Position numbers and translations under genes: made by a program. DNA of 64,000 nucleotides from Cetorhinus maximus (taxonomy: Eukaryota). The notes under the pieces are model-generated. The model was not told where the DNA came from. It made no database searches and saw only the letters and a program-made list of their open reading frames with translations. The stretch is from contig NC_135910.1 of NCBI RefSeq assembly GCF_964194155.1, forward strand, positions 9,920,001-9,984,000, written 5' to 3'. Positions 51,780 to 62,978 of the stretch are shown piece after piece. Every line of letters begins with the position of its first letter. The stretch's first letter is position 1.

Positions 51780-54700
51780 TCTTTATTGGAAAGTGCATGT
51801 GTGGGGACATGAGATGCACCAATCCCTCTTTAAACAGGCTGGGGTCATGCAGGAAGAGTCTAGAGGGCAATTGGCCCCAGTGCAGCCATACTTCAGCACC
51901 TTTGTGCCTTTCAGACAGGAGGAACTGTGACCAAATAAAAACCTCTCAAATCCACTGCTTTTCCCTAGAGGTCCGTGTTTAACAGCTGTGCTGGGTTCAT
52001 GTGGAACTGTTTACAGGTAGGATGTGTAATTTCACTCTAAAAGACTTACTGCATTGAAGCAAAACTTCCTGTGTTAAACATTTCCATAAATATATAACTA
52101 TTAACATTAAATAAAATTCACAATTCTCCCTTAATGAGATAGTCTTTTTTTCAATATATTTATATATACACATAACACGCACAAGACTTTTCTGAACTAC
52201 CTGCTCTCCCCAATATAGAACTGACATAATCAAAACAGGCTTTTAACTGTTGCCATCCTACAGTAAGTTAGCTTTAAGAGTTCTAAGACTTGTGACCCTT
52301 ATATTGCAATGAAAGGATAATTGTTAAGTTCCCCATTTGAATTCCAGAAATTCTGGTGGTCTGGAATTAGCTTTTACCGCCCAGAGAAAACACGCAACAG
52401 ATCAGTCAGCTTGGGGAAGAGAGATCGATTAATGAACAGTCACACCCAAAAGAGCGACCTATCCATCTCTTTCAGTTGCTGATTGACCTGCTGAGTGCTT
52501 CCTTAGCCAGACAATCTTGGGCTTCTGGTGTCGATCGAGTGGCGAGGCTGGTACAGCACGTCCTCCTTCTCCAGCCTCCAGTGACTGATCCGAATTACAC
52601 AGCAGGAAAGCCCATTCCAAAACACTGCGGACTACAGTTGCCTTGGCACGGGATAAAGAAGAGCTGCATGTCAGGTCAGTCTGTGCAACCTGGACTGGAA
52701 GCAGGAAAAGAAGAAGCACTCTGCTTGCTAGCCTGCCACTGACACGCTCAGCACTGCCAGAACCAATCATTAAACCAGTGATTAATGATACTCCCAAGAT
52801 TATCGATTAACAGCAGGTTCCTGCCAACCCCTTCCAACACCACACTCCCATTGTTACTGGTTGAATTCCCACTTCAAGACCTGCTTTTATCAAAAGCAGA
52901 TGTGCAAGGTAGTCCCTACCTTTAAAGAAATGCTTACTGGACAACCCTTCAGTGCACCATGAAAAATAAACAGGTGAAAACTTTTAAACATTTTTGACAG
53001 TTTTGTTTCTTAAATAGCCAAACTGAAGTGTGGTTTGGGGGAGGACGAACGCATACTCACCAACTGCTCATGTCCATGATTAAACATCTTTAAGCAAAAT
53101 TTTTTTTTTAAAAATCCTTTCAGTGCTAAGAAGCTTAAAACTTGCATAGAACAAAGTGAGCTTTACAGACAAACATTAAGTGTACAGTCCCTCCCACATG
53201 TGGGAAGCAGCTATCAGTCTGGCAGAGGTGCTAAACTCGGCACCAAATTTTTAGGCATCGAGGTCTCTCAAATATTTGAACACTGAAACGCAGGTAGTGT
53301 CGCAAAGTGGCCAATTAGAAAGGAAACTAAACATCAGATGCTGTAGATGAGAGAGAGAGACCGGAATTCTGATTCAATAAGGGCCTCAACACTCCAGGTT
53401 ACAAGTTCAGAATTGCCAACGTTGTAAAATGAATTTGCCTATAATTATTCAAAAGCCTGTTAACAGTAGGAGGGAGCATCGTGTGTACAAATGAGCCTTG
53501 TGCCGAAGATTAAAAAAAAACATTCACTGACAAGTGGAGTAGGAAAGAAAAAAGTTATACAATCAAAACATGGCTTAAAATAGGATTCAAGATTCAGGCC
53601 ACGGGACATCAAATGAGACTTCACTATGCGGGAACAGTGAATGAAAAGACTGTGGTTGGGGAGTGGGAGTTTCATTAGAAATCACATTATCTGCTCAGTA
53701 TCCTCAGATAACAGGTGCAAAACCAATATAATATAAAGTGACAGAATAAATAAAAGCGAGAAGCATGCACCCAGTTTCTCCATTGTTTCACCCTCCCAAA
53801 AATGATAGTCACTGTACTGCCCAAGTGTATGGAAGGTAAAAATCAGCAGGGATCAGGGCAGGGTGAGCAAGTGAGACAGCACAGCTGCTGGAAGAATGAT
53901 TCAATGAACCCTTCCAACATGGTAAAGCCATTAACTCGAATCTCTAGCATGCACACATCAGTTCAGCGACCCACGTGGTTGTGGGCCACACTCTCACTGT
54001 TGGTCACTAATGATGCTAGGAGGCAACTTTCCTCACTCCGTGTTAAAACACTTGCGTTGCTTCATGATTAGCGATTGCTGCCATACAAAACTCACTTTAT
54101 AGATGTAAAAATCACCCTCACTGGATGCCCCCATTTAATTTCAAACCAAGCCCTTTAGGGAAGAAAACTATATGAACTGCCGTGTCTGGGAGCATTGGCT
54201 GAAAAAACAGTCTTGTTTTTAAAATCACTGCCTCGTGAAACAGATAACTCTAGGACTGGCTCGGAAAGCCGAGCCTCTTCTCCTCGTTAAATTTATATTT
54301 AAATCAGAACCCTAACCAGCACCGTCCCCCATTTCCCCCCACCCCGCCCACAAATAAACACAACAAATTATGTGGCTTATATAAAGTACAAAAATTCAAC
54401 TCAGATTACTGTAAAACTCTGTTCCATGCAATGTGCCGCTAGGAAACAAAGATTAAAAATATTTAACTGTGCCTATAGTGCGGTCATGAAACACCAATCA
54501 GTTAATATGGCTATTTAACCTATCTTCACATATAAAAACTGAAAAGGGACCTTAACCTTCTACAGCAGTGTCCATATTCTTAATATCTACCTACATCAGA
54601 AAATAAATCAAGACGCTTTAAATATTACTAAACAATACTGAATGGTACAGCACCCCCTGCAGTGAAAAGCATGTGTCAAAACCTGGGGAATCGGAAGATC

Positions 54701-56001
54701 TTCCACCCCGTGAAATTTAGATCTTACACCTTGTATTCTGCAGGTAGAAGTATATCAACATTCTGTGGCAAACAAAAACACAAACAGCGACTAAGGATCA
54801 GTGCAGGGTCACTTCCACACCACCACACTGTACCCGTTGGAACTGGCTAGTTAGCTGAATAAAGGCTTTTGCAGACAAGGGCTTATCAGTCTCTGTCAAA
54901 TACCAGTGGCCTTCAAACAGTCCACCTTCAGCCATTATCCACCGCACCAGTAGCGGACGGCAAGTCTGAGTTCAGAAAAGGCAATGTACGTAGCTGACTC
55001 CATTAGAATAGGAATCCTCGGGAGGCTGGGAGGCTCGTGGGTGAAATTTTGGCAGCCAGACCAGATTCCCACTGCAAGGGAGAGCATTAAGGCATAGGAC
55101 TGCTTAGGACCACAGCAGCAGGATGACTGTGGGGCAGGGATTCAATACAATAAACTTTCTATGCCCCTTAGCAGATTAAAAGGTCCACAGTGCAAGTTTG
55201 GAGCATCGGTGGGGAGAGGGGCTTAAGCAGGAAACTGGTCTCAAAAGCTGGACAACAAATGTGCCAAGTCTTGAAACAACAGCATTACAAGACATTTGGA
55301 GTCTGGCCCCGTTACTCATCTCAAAAACTGCAGAGATTATACACATCAGTTGCACATTCACCTGGCAGGCACCAATCTAAAGCCTTTGGTTTGAAACCAC
55401 GTCCACTTCTGATAAGCCTTCCTGAGCCACCTCCCCTATAACTGGCAAGTGGCAATGGAGACCCAGTGGCTTCACTCCAGGGGCAGCTTCATTCCAGTTC
55501 CCCCACCGTCTAACATCACATTTTGTTGCTTCACATTCAAAACAGAGGTAGGCTCAAAAAGGACAACTCTTCCCTTGTATAATCTCAATAAAAAATAAAC
55601 TTCAAATCCAGCTCCTGGACAAATAAAAGCAAAAGTCACAGAAAACACACACACACTTTCAGCGCGATGATTAATTAAAAAAATTCAACCTTATTTCTAG
55701 GATACAATATGGAGTAACTTTGATCTGTCTCTCATAGGGCCCTGTGCAGCTGCCCAGGGGCATATTTGTTCAATGATGTTGGTAGGGCCCAAATCAATTG
55801 ATAAAAATTACATGTATTTACAGCCCCTAACTCCCCAAATTGTATACACTGATTTGAAATGTTGCCCCATGTTGATTTGGAGCCCTGAGTAGAAATTGAG
55901 CAATGGGACTGTGCCAGGATTGCGTCCCTCTGATAGCGAGGGGGGAGGGTGTCTTTGGCTTGTGGAGGTCAGTCAGTAGCCTGTCACAGTGAGGTAGCTC
56001 C
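51780..56001 (-). other. Probable long 3'UTR of the SERTAD3-like gene
   Basis: About 4.2 kb with no recognisable repeats. Minus-strand AATAAA at ~51782, Pumilio elements (52163-52170, 55815-55822), ATTTATTTA near 52107. Confidence 0.5.
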
Positions 56002-56835
56002 TCAGGAGCTGACCAGGATCTCCATGATGTGATCCAGGTCATTCAGGTCAGTCCTTAAGCTTGGATTAGCTCCCAGCGAAGAAGAGGAATTGCATGAGGA
56101 GAAGGTCTTGGCCAGGTCATCAGCCACGCCGGGGGGTGCCACCCGGCCACTGGGAGCCGGCCCCACCGCAGCCGCGTCGCAGTCACACACGGAGGTGTCA
56201 ATGTCAAGGAAAAGGTCATCCAAGGTCACACCTACGAGGTAACTGGAGCTCATGATCTCAAAGCTGCCGAACACGGACTCCAAAGGTCTAGGAGGCTCCA
56301 GGGGATGGATTTCCTCTTTGTCTCCATCTTCTGCCGTTGTGTCCATAGCCTCTGACGAGTCCAAATTTTCCTGCAGGGGTGATTGTGAAGGGCTCCCATC
56401 GATAACGATGTCAAGGTCCCGGAGGATGGAGTTAATGGTGGAAGAAAGGGAGAAGTCCTCATCGGAAGCAGTGGACATGTAGTCCTCAAGGCCATCACCA
56501 AATCCAGCTGGGTGGCTCTCAGTGGTCAGCCGCGAGGGCGGGGGCTCCCGCTGACTGCCCAATTCCACGCACCCAGCATCTAAGGCCATGGCAGACACCA
56601 GTTGGCTGCTTTCCAACCGGATCTCCTCCTGAATCTGCCGCAGGGTGTTGGCAATCAGCACAGTGCGCCGGAGACTCAGCTCCGGCAGTGTCCGCCCACT
56701 TTGCATCTTATTCAGTGAGGTGTTGAGCACTAGCTGCCGCTTGAGGCTATAGGATTGCGGACAGTCGGCGAGGTTCTGACAGGAATCCAGACCTCCATCG
56801 GCATGGCGTTTCCGCTTCACACCCTTCCCAACCAT
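56002..56835 (-). CDS. SERTAD3: SERTA-domain protein, SERTAD3 (RBT1)-like, 277 aa, single coding exon
   Basis: Acceptor ctttcctttatcttggcag|GTCTCA ATG. Protein has MVGKGVKRKRH, the SERTA domain SLRRTVLIANTLRQIQEEI, EDFSLSSTINSILRDLD, LDDLFLDIDTS and DLDHIMEILVSS*. These motifs best match recalled SERTAD3. Confidence 0.85.
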   Translation of the reverse strand: MVGKGVKRKRHADGGLDSCQNLADCPQSYSLKRQLVLNTSLNKMQSGRTLPELSLRRTVLIANTLRQIQEEIRLESSQLVSAMALDAGCVELGSQREPPPSRLTTESHPAGFGDGLEDYMSTASDEDFSLSSTINSILRDLDIVIDGSPSQSPLQENLDSSEAMDTTAEDGDKEEIHPLEPPRPLESVFGSFEIMSSSYLVGVTLDDLFLDIDTSVCDCDAAAVGPAPSGRVAPPGVADDLAKTFSSCNSSSSLGANPSLRTDLNDLDHIMEILVSS

Positions 56836-58844
56836 TGAGACCTGCCAAGATAAAGGAAAGCTGTTAACATGGGCACAAGCACATGTGGTACAAAGCCCGA
56901 GAGAGTAGAAGACAACTGGCACAGCACCCAATCTGCGTTAATACTAGCCTACCTGGGATGGGCAACATAAGAGTTGTTAGTTACATAGTGGTTACAGCAC
57001 ACAAGAGGCCATTCAGCCTAACTGGTCTATGCCAGCATTTATTCTCCAACCAAGCCTCTGATTACCCTTTTTCATCAAAACGCATCAGTACACCCTTCTT
57101 AGACTAGTAAGAATGAGGAAAAATTCATTCAGTCTGGTTCCCGTTTGATCTCCAAAAGCCTAGAATTATACAGAGGAGGAGACCATGCCTGGGTTAGAGC
57201 TATCCAATCCCACGCCATCCCCATAACCCTGCAAATGTTTCCTTTTCAAGTATGTATTCAATTCTCTTTTGAAGTGACTACTGAATCCACTTCTACCGCC
57301 CCTTCAGGCAGCACACTCGCTGTGAACCAACATTTCTTCTCATCACCCTTCACTTCTTTAAGCCTAGGCTGAAAAATTCAGATGTAATCAAGTGAGGGAC
57401 ATTGTCAGGCTCGGTTGTGAGTCCATAGAAGGTCAAATAGCCTGTCAAAACTTGTTGTAGGCTCATGCGAGGAGCTGGATGAGGATCTTTGAGAGACTGA
57501 GGATGCAGAAGGAAATTGAGAAAGAAAGACACTATGGCACTACTGGAAGAGAAGACAGGGGTTCTACCAATGCCCTGGCCAACATACTACCATTGCTAAA
57601 AGTGAATAACTGTTCATTCAGCGCTGCTTCTGTTGACAGTAACTAGTCCAAAAATAGACCATGAGGCATTTTTCAGTCATCCTAAAGTCGTGACGAGGTT
57701 AGGCCTTTCTTTAAGCAACAAGGAACTGAAACAGAACAGTGACTATGAAAAGGAGCCCTGGAGTCTGAACACTCTTTCCTTTCCCCTCCCATCAACAACC
57801 ATTACTGAAGGAGCAAAGGTCATGTTAGATACACCCGATAACAAACGTACTGTTGATTTTCTAAGAGCACAAAGCTCTAAATGAGGAATCGGCACAGCCA
57901 ACAGAAGGACTGTGGCAGTCTTGTAAAAAAAACTAAAGCCCTGCTGAGAGGGAAAGAGGTAAGACGTTTAATTCAAAACATCCCCCCCTATTTTCATGTA
58001 TACTGATAGAACTTACTGTCAGGGCCCATTTTGAATCTTTACTGGCTCTCTCCCTTTCCTTACATAAAAGCCCATTTTCATTTGTATGGCTACACATCTA
58101 AGCTCCAACATGCCCGCTCCAATCATGCACGCTTCCAGCAGTAGTACTGGCAAGGAATCAGGAGCTGTGCCCTTGGTCACTGTTCCTGCCAACCCCTTCG
58201 AAGTGGAAAACAAATTTCCTGCTGATGAGGTTCGTTAGGAAGGTAGGAATAGAGCCAGAACAGCCAGGGCTTTTGATGTGCAGAGACCGTCATCATATTG
58301 GAGAAACCTAAGATTTTGTTTCCCAATGTGAATTGCACCATCCCATTTGGAGGGGAACTGGCAGAGCACAGCTTGGTGACTGCTGCAAAAAACACTGGAG
58401 TTTAACCTGCTAAAACCACACAGCTTCCAATACAGAGCAATGGTAAACAGCAGCTGCTTATCCAACACAGAACTACCATAATTATCAGATATGCTGGCTG
58501 TTCAATCCAGTGGGATTACCCAGCTCTCAGTGACAAATTTACTCACCAGGATCCATCAGTGAGCCAGGTCACCATTGGTGGCCCAGAGCACTCCAGATCA
58601 GACTCAGTCACTGAATCTGTCATTAGCGGGTTGACTGTTCCAGTAAACCTAGAAACATGGGCTTAAATACCATCATGGCAGTTTGAATTTAGCTTGGTAA
58701 TAATCTGGAAATGCAAAACTGGTATTGGTAAAAAGAGGTCCTGAAGTCTCTGGATTGTATTAACATCCCAAATGACTCATTTGTCCTTTAGGGAAAGAAA
58801 CCGCCCATCTTTATCTGGTCTACCTTTATGTGAATTAAGATCAT

Positions 58845-59372
58845 AATAAATAAGAGGAATGGACATACGGCTCTTTGAGCTGGTTCTGCTATTCAATACG
58901 ATTGTGGCTGACATTCTCCCTCAATTCCATTTTCCTCCTATATCTATTCATTCCCAAATAACCAAACATCCGTCTACCTCAGCCTTAAATTTATTTAATC
59001 TTGGAGCATCGACAAAGCTCTGGGGTGGAAAATTCCCAAGGGTCACAACGCTAAGAAATTTCTCCTCACCTCATTCCTAAAGGGTCAGCCCCTTTTCCTG
59101 AGACTGTGCACTCGTGTTCTAGATTTCCCAGCCAGAGGAAACAACTGCTGTCCTGTCAAGCCCCTTCAGAATCCTGTATATTTTCAATGAGATCATCTCT
59201 CATTCCTCTAAACTCCAGAAATTGGTCCATTTTACTCAGCCTCTCCATTTTCATAGTACATTGCTCCCATCCCAGGAACCCATCTAGTGACCCTTCATCA
59301 TACCACCTCCAAGGCAAGTATATCCTTCCTTAGATATGAGGATCACAACCGCCCACATTATTCCAGGTGTGA
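58845..59372 (-). mobile_element. CR1 LINE 3' fragment
   Basis: Similar to other CR1 tails (aaatttctcctcacctc, caaggcaagtatatccttccttag). Confidence 0.65.
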
Positions 59373-59614
59373 CTTCAGGCACAGGTTGATACTTAACTCC
59401 CCTCTGTTCTATTTGAGAAGGCAACTGCACACAGTGTAACACCCCCTCACTACACACGAAAGACTAATCCCATAATTTTTAATCCCTCGATATAAACTAA
59501 TGGCAAAACCTTCGTCTCTGAAAAGAAGGTTCCTGAAAACCTGTCTCAACGGGTTGAGAGGAACAGAATATAGTGGAGGCAATGATTCAGTAAAGATAAT
59601 ATGCATTAAAATTA

Positions 59615-59905
59615 CAATCCTCCCCAGTTCTATCTGGACCAGAACAACCCCACCTTATCCTGAATCTCCCTGCATTCTGACACCTCTGCTACCTCAACCT
59701 ATAATCCCCCTCCCCCATCCTGTGATTCCTCTCCCCAGCCTGTAATGCCCAACCCCCAAGCCCCTCCCCCAGACTCAATCTATAATGCTCCTCCCCATCC
59801 TATGATGCCCCTCCCCCATCGTGCGACTCCTCGCCCCCAGCCTGATTCCTTACTCAGTCTGTGACACCCCTCCCCCCTCCCAGCCCCTGACGCCCCTCCC
59901 CCTCC
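59615..59905. repeat. Degenerate ~20-bp C-rich tandem repeat (cccctcccccatcctgtgat-like)
   Basis: About 10 degenerate units in presumptive SERTAD3 intron 1. Confidence 0.55.
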
Positions 59906-61210
59906 TGGCCTTCCAGACTCCGCCCTCTTTCGCGCGTGCGTGCTCCGCCGTTTGGCGTCTGCCGCGCGATGAATTCTGGGAGTTGGAGTCCGCAGACCGA
60001 AGATGCCGCCCGTCCCCCCGTGGGTGCCGGCTACACAGCCGCCTGGCCCGGTAACTCCCGCGGGCCGGGCCGGGCCAGGCCTGGCCTGGCCCTTCGAAAA
60101 CTTCGTCCCACCCGAGTATTGACTCAAAAGCAGAACTACACCCCCCAGACCGCATAGCGGCGCTCTGCACATGCGCACTTGGAGTCGTGCAGTAGCCAAA
60201 TGCACCCCCCCACCCCCACCAAACAAGACTCGTCTCGCACCCTCCCCAACCGGGTCCGGTGGGGGTAAGGGTCTCGGTGCCCTCCCGGGGATTGATCCTC
60301 TCTGGAAATACACCTCCTGGGACACCGGCCGTTCCAGCTGGAGATCCCAACTGGCTTCACCCGGGTGAAAATCGGGCGGTCCAGAGCGGCCGTTTAAACG
60401 AGCACCCGAAGAGCCATAAAAATTGGACGGCGAATAAAAAATAACTCTCCCCGGGGAAGCGGGGGCGCTACCTGCTTAGTTACTTGGAAGCGATTTTTAA
60501 AAAAATTTCCGCGAGCGGTCACAGGGCCCTGAACATCACCGGCTCCGCTGCTTTTCCCTCCTCACCGACCCCCGGCCGCCATGACCCGTCCGCTCCCCGC
60601 CGAGTTCTTCATGTTATTTCTCTCTCCCTCTCCCCCCCCACCCCGAGAGCTCCGGCAATCAAGACTGGCCGAGCAGAAGCTCCCGCCCCCTAGCGGTGCT
60701 CCCATTGATCGCGACCGAGCGACTCTGGTCCAATTAGAGAGCATGATCTCCATCCCCCACCTCTGATTGGTTGGGCCAGCCGTCCATCATCGGAACGCGC
60801 TGATGGACAGTCGGATCAGCCAATCGTAAGCGCGAGTCAAGCGGCAACCGTAAAAAACTTCGTTTGAAATCCGAACAAATCAAACATATGGCGAGCAGTC
60901 GCCGGGTTAATCATCGATCGTTAAGTTTCGAATTAATCATCCAGTGGCGTATTGGCATGGTCAAATCATCGGCGTTCAACGCCATTTTTTTATTTTTAAC
61001 CTCCGTTGCTAAGCTACCGCAAAGGTCGATTGTGATTGGCGGAGTAGGGAGGGGGGGGTTAGCGCTATGAATGGGTTGGCCAATGGCGTGTCGGCAGCGG
61101 CCCTCTGTCATGCTGCGAGACGTCACTGAATGGGCGTGGGCTGCAGGCGGCCCCACCCACCCACCCCCGTGAGGGCGGGGCCCCGCTTCAGTAGGCGGGG
61201 CGAGCGGCGA
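59900..61210. promoter_or_regulatory. CpG island / bidirectional promoter between SERTAD3-like and thioredoxin-like genes
   Basis: CpG-dense. Six CCAAT boxes (60730, 60766, 60820, 60951, 61035, 61080), GC boxes near 61172 and 61195, CRE-like gacgtca at 61119, CHR-like tttgaa at 60863, YY1-like cgccattttt near 60980, NRF1-like tgcacatgcgca near 60166. Confidence 0.75.
60566..60690 (-). other. Candidate first exon of the SERTAD3-like gene (5' end approximate)
   Basis: Donor TCG|gtgagg at 60565 lies just downstream (minus strand) of the CCAAT cluster. SERTAD genes typically have a short first exon and one coding exon. Confidence 0.5.
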
Positions 61211-61578
61211 TGGGCGTGGTGGGCACCATCAAGTGCTTGGTGGAGTACGAGGTGGCGCTGCGGATCAGCGAGCAGCAACTGGTCATCCTACTCTTCTCTG
61301 CCAACTGGTGCGAGTTCTGCCAGATGATCCAGTTGTACTTCGACCAGTTCGCCGAGTGCTACCCGAACGTCGTCTTCTACGAGGTGGACATCAACGTGGC
61401 CAAGGATGTGGTGCAGCGCTGCCACATTGAGTGGTTCCCCACCTTCCAGTTCTACAAGGCTGGGGTCAAGGTCTTCCAGTTCAAGGGACCCAACCGCTGC
61501 CTCCTGGAGCGGATGATCCAGAAGCTGCAGGGATCCAAGTCGCAATGCTCGCCTAGATTAAACCCAACCGACACCTAA
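61210..61578 (+). CDS. Intronless thioredoxin-like protein, 122 aa, atypical WCEFC active site
   Basis: Colinear with cytosolic TXN: LVILLFSANWCEFCQMI, VVFYEVD, cis-Pro motif FPTFQFYK, FKGPN. Strong Kozak context (gcgATGG), very high third-position GC, intact ORF. Confidence 0.85.
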   Translation: MGVVGTIKCLVEYEVALRISEQQLVILLFSANWCEFCQMIQLYFDQFAECYPNVVFYEVDINVAKDVVQRCHIEWFPTFQFYKAGVKVFQFKGPNRCLLERMIQKLQGSKSQCSPRLNPTDT

Positions 61579-61768
61579 ACGTCTCCTGTGGCTATGTTTT
61601 GTCGTTATGGTCGTATCTATGGCTGGGCTTGACTAGCTTGCACCCTGGGTCTCTGCTGGCAGGAGTCCCACTTCAGGGATTTGAGCATAAACATGTTAGG
61701 CTGACGCTCCCGTGCCAGGGAATGGGCAGCATAAGGGGCTAAGTTTCTGTTTCACTCCCACCCCTAGG

Positions 61769-62468
61769 CAGGGTTGGCCAACCTTCCAGGATTGGCCTGG
61801 ACTGTCCCAGGAATTGAAGGATCCATCTCCAGCACACTGCCTGTGTGCCACGCTGAAGAAAACTTTCTCTTTTTTTGTTTGTCGTTTTCTTTGAACGTTT
61901 CTCTTTACCAGATATAAAAAATAATGAAAATAAAGGGGAGGGGCTGACAGTCAAGCATCATGCAATTGGGTTATGAGTCTTTTTTTTTTGCTTTCCAATT
62001 GGCGTAGGAGGAGGCAATGGCATAGCGGTATTGTTGCCGGACCAGTAATCCAGAGACCTAGGGTAATGCTCTGGGGACCTGGGTTTGAATCCAGCCACGG
62101 TAGATGGTGGAATTTGAGTTCAATAAAAAAAAATCTGGAATTAAAAGTCTTAACGATGACCGTTGTTGTAAAAACCCATCTGGTTCACTAATGGAAGGAA
62201 ATCTGCCGTCCTTACCTGGTCGGGCCTATATGTGACTCCAGACCCACAGTAATGTGGTTCACTCTTAACTGCATCCCTGAACATGGGGAATTTGGGATGG
62301 GCAATAAATGCTTGCCTACCCAGTGGCACCCACATCCCATGAATGAATTAAAAAAAGGAAGGCAGTACACCCTGAGGATGGATCTGTTGGCTGACTAATG
62401 GCTGGAGTGTGGGGACAAGTCATATGATAAAATCTCCAGGAATACATTTAATCACAGTTGGCAACCCT
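61769..62468. mobile_element. Non-autonomous DNA transposon (hAT/Blackjack-like MITE) containing a HE1 SINE
   Basis: TIRs agggttg(g)ccaac and gttggcaaccct; related ends at ~21255-21317 and ~38020. Confidence 0.55.
62008..62356 (+). mobile_element. Full-length HE1-type V-SINE
   Basis: tRNA-like head with A and B boxes, V-domain core ctggttcactaatg..ggaaatctgccgtccttacctgg, HER1-type tail. Confidence 0.85.
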
Positions 62469-62614
62469 ATTATTAGGTCAGGCCTCAGCCTTGACTCAAT
62501 GGGTTGCACATGTGCAGAGACAGAAGCCCACCCAAGGAATTTGAGCATAAAAAATTTAGGCTGGCACTCCAGTGCCAGAGAATGGTAGCGTAGTGGCTAT
62601 GTTTGTGTTTCACT

Positions 62615-62978
62615 CACACCTCTGAGTCAGAAAGTTGTGGGTTTGAGTTCCACTCCAGGTTTCCAGCACAAAGATTAGTCTGACACGCTGGAGGTGCTGT
62701 CTTTCAGATGAGATATAAAACCCTGTTTGCCCTCTCAGGTGGAAGTAAAAGATCCCATGTTACTACTTCAAATAAGAGATGGGGAGTTATCCCTGGTGGC
62801 CTGGCTGATATTTATCCCTCAACCAACATCACAAAAACAGATTATCTGGGTCATTATTGTTTGTGGGAGTTTGCTGTGAGCTGCATTACAACAGTGACTG
62901 CACTTCAAAAATACTTCATTGGCTGTAAAGTGCTTTGGGGCATTCAGTGCTTGTGAAAGGTGGTATATAAATGCAATT
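62615..62978 (+). mobile_element. Deu-domain SINE followed by a decayed HE1 copy (~62985-63285)
   Basis: Similar to other copies. Confidence 0.7.

Noticed and set aside
56836-56931. N-terminal 32 aa of the 309-aa ORF, and MYFVLL of the 276-aa ORF
   Set aside because: Both run through polypyrimidine tracts and AG acceptors, so they are intronic.
59780-60444. Several 60-180 aa GC-rich ORFs
   Set aside because: Stop-poor CpG island sequence; no domain similarity.
62008-62100. tRNA-like sequences here and at SINE heads (33666, 35188, 44276)
   Set aside because: tRNA-derived SINE promoters continuous with SINE bodies, not tRNA genes.
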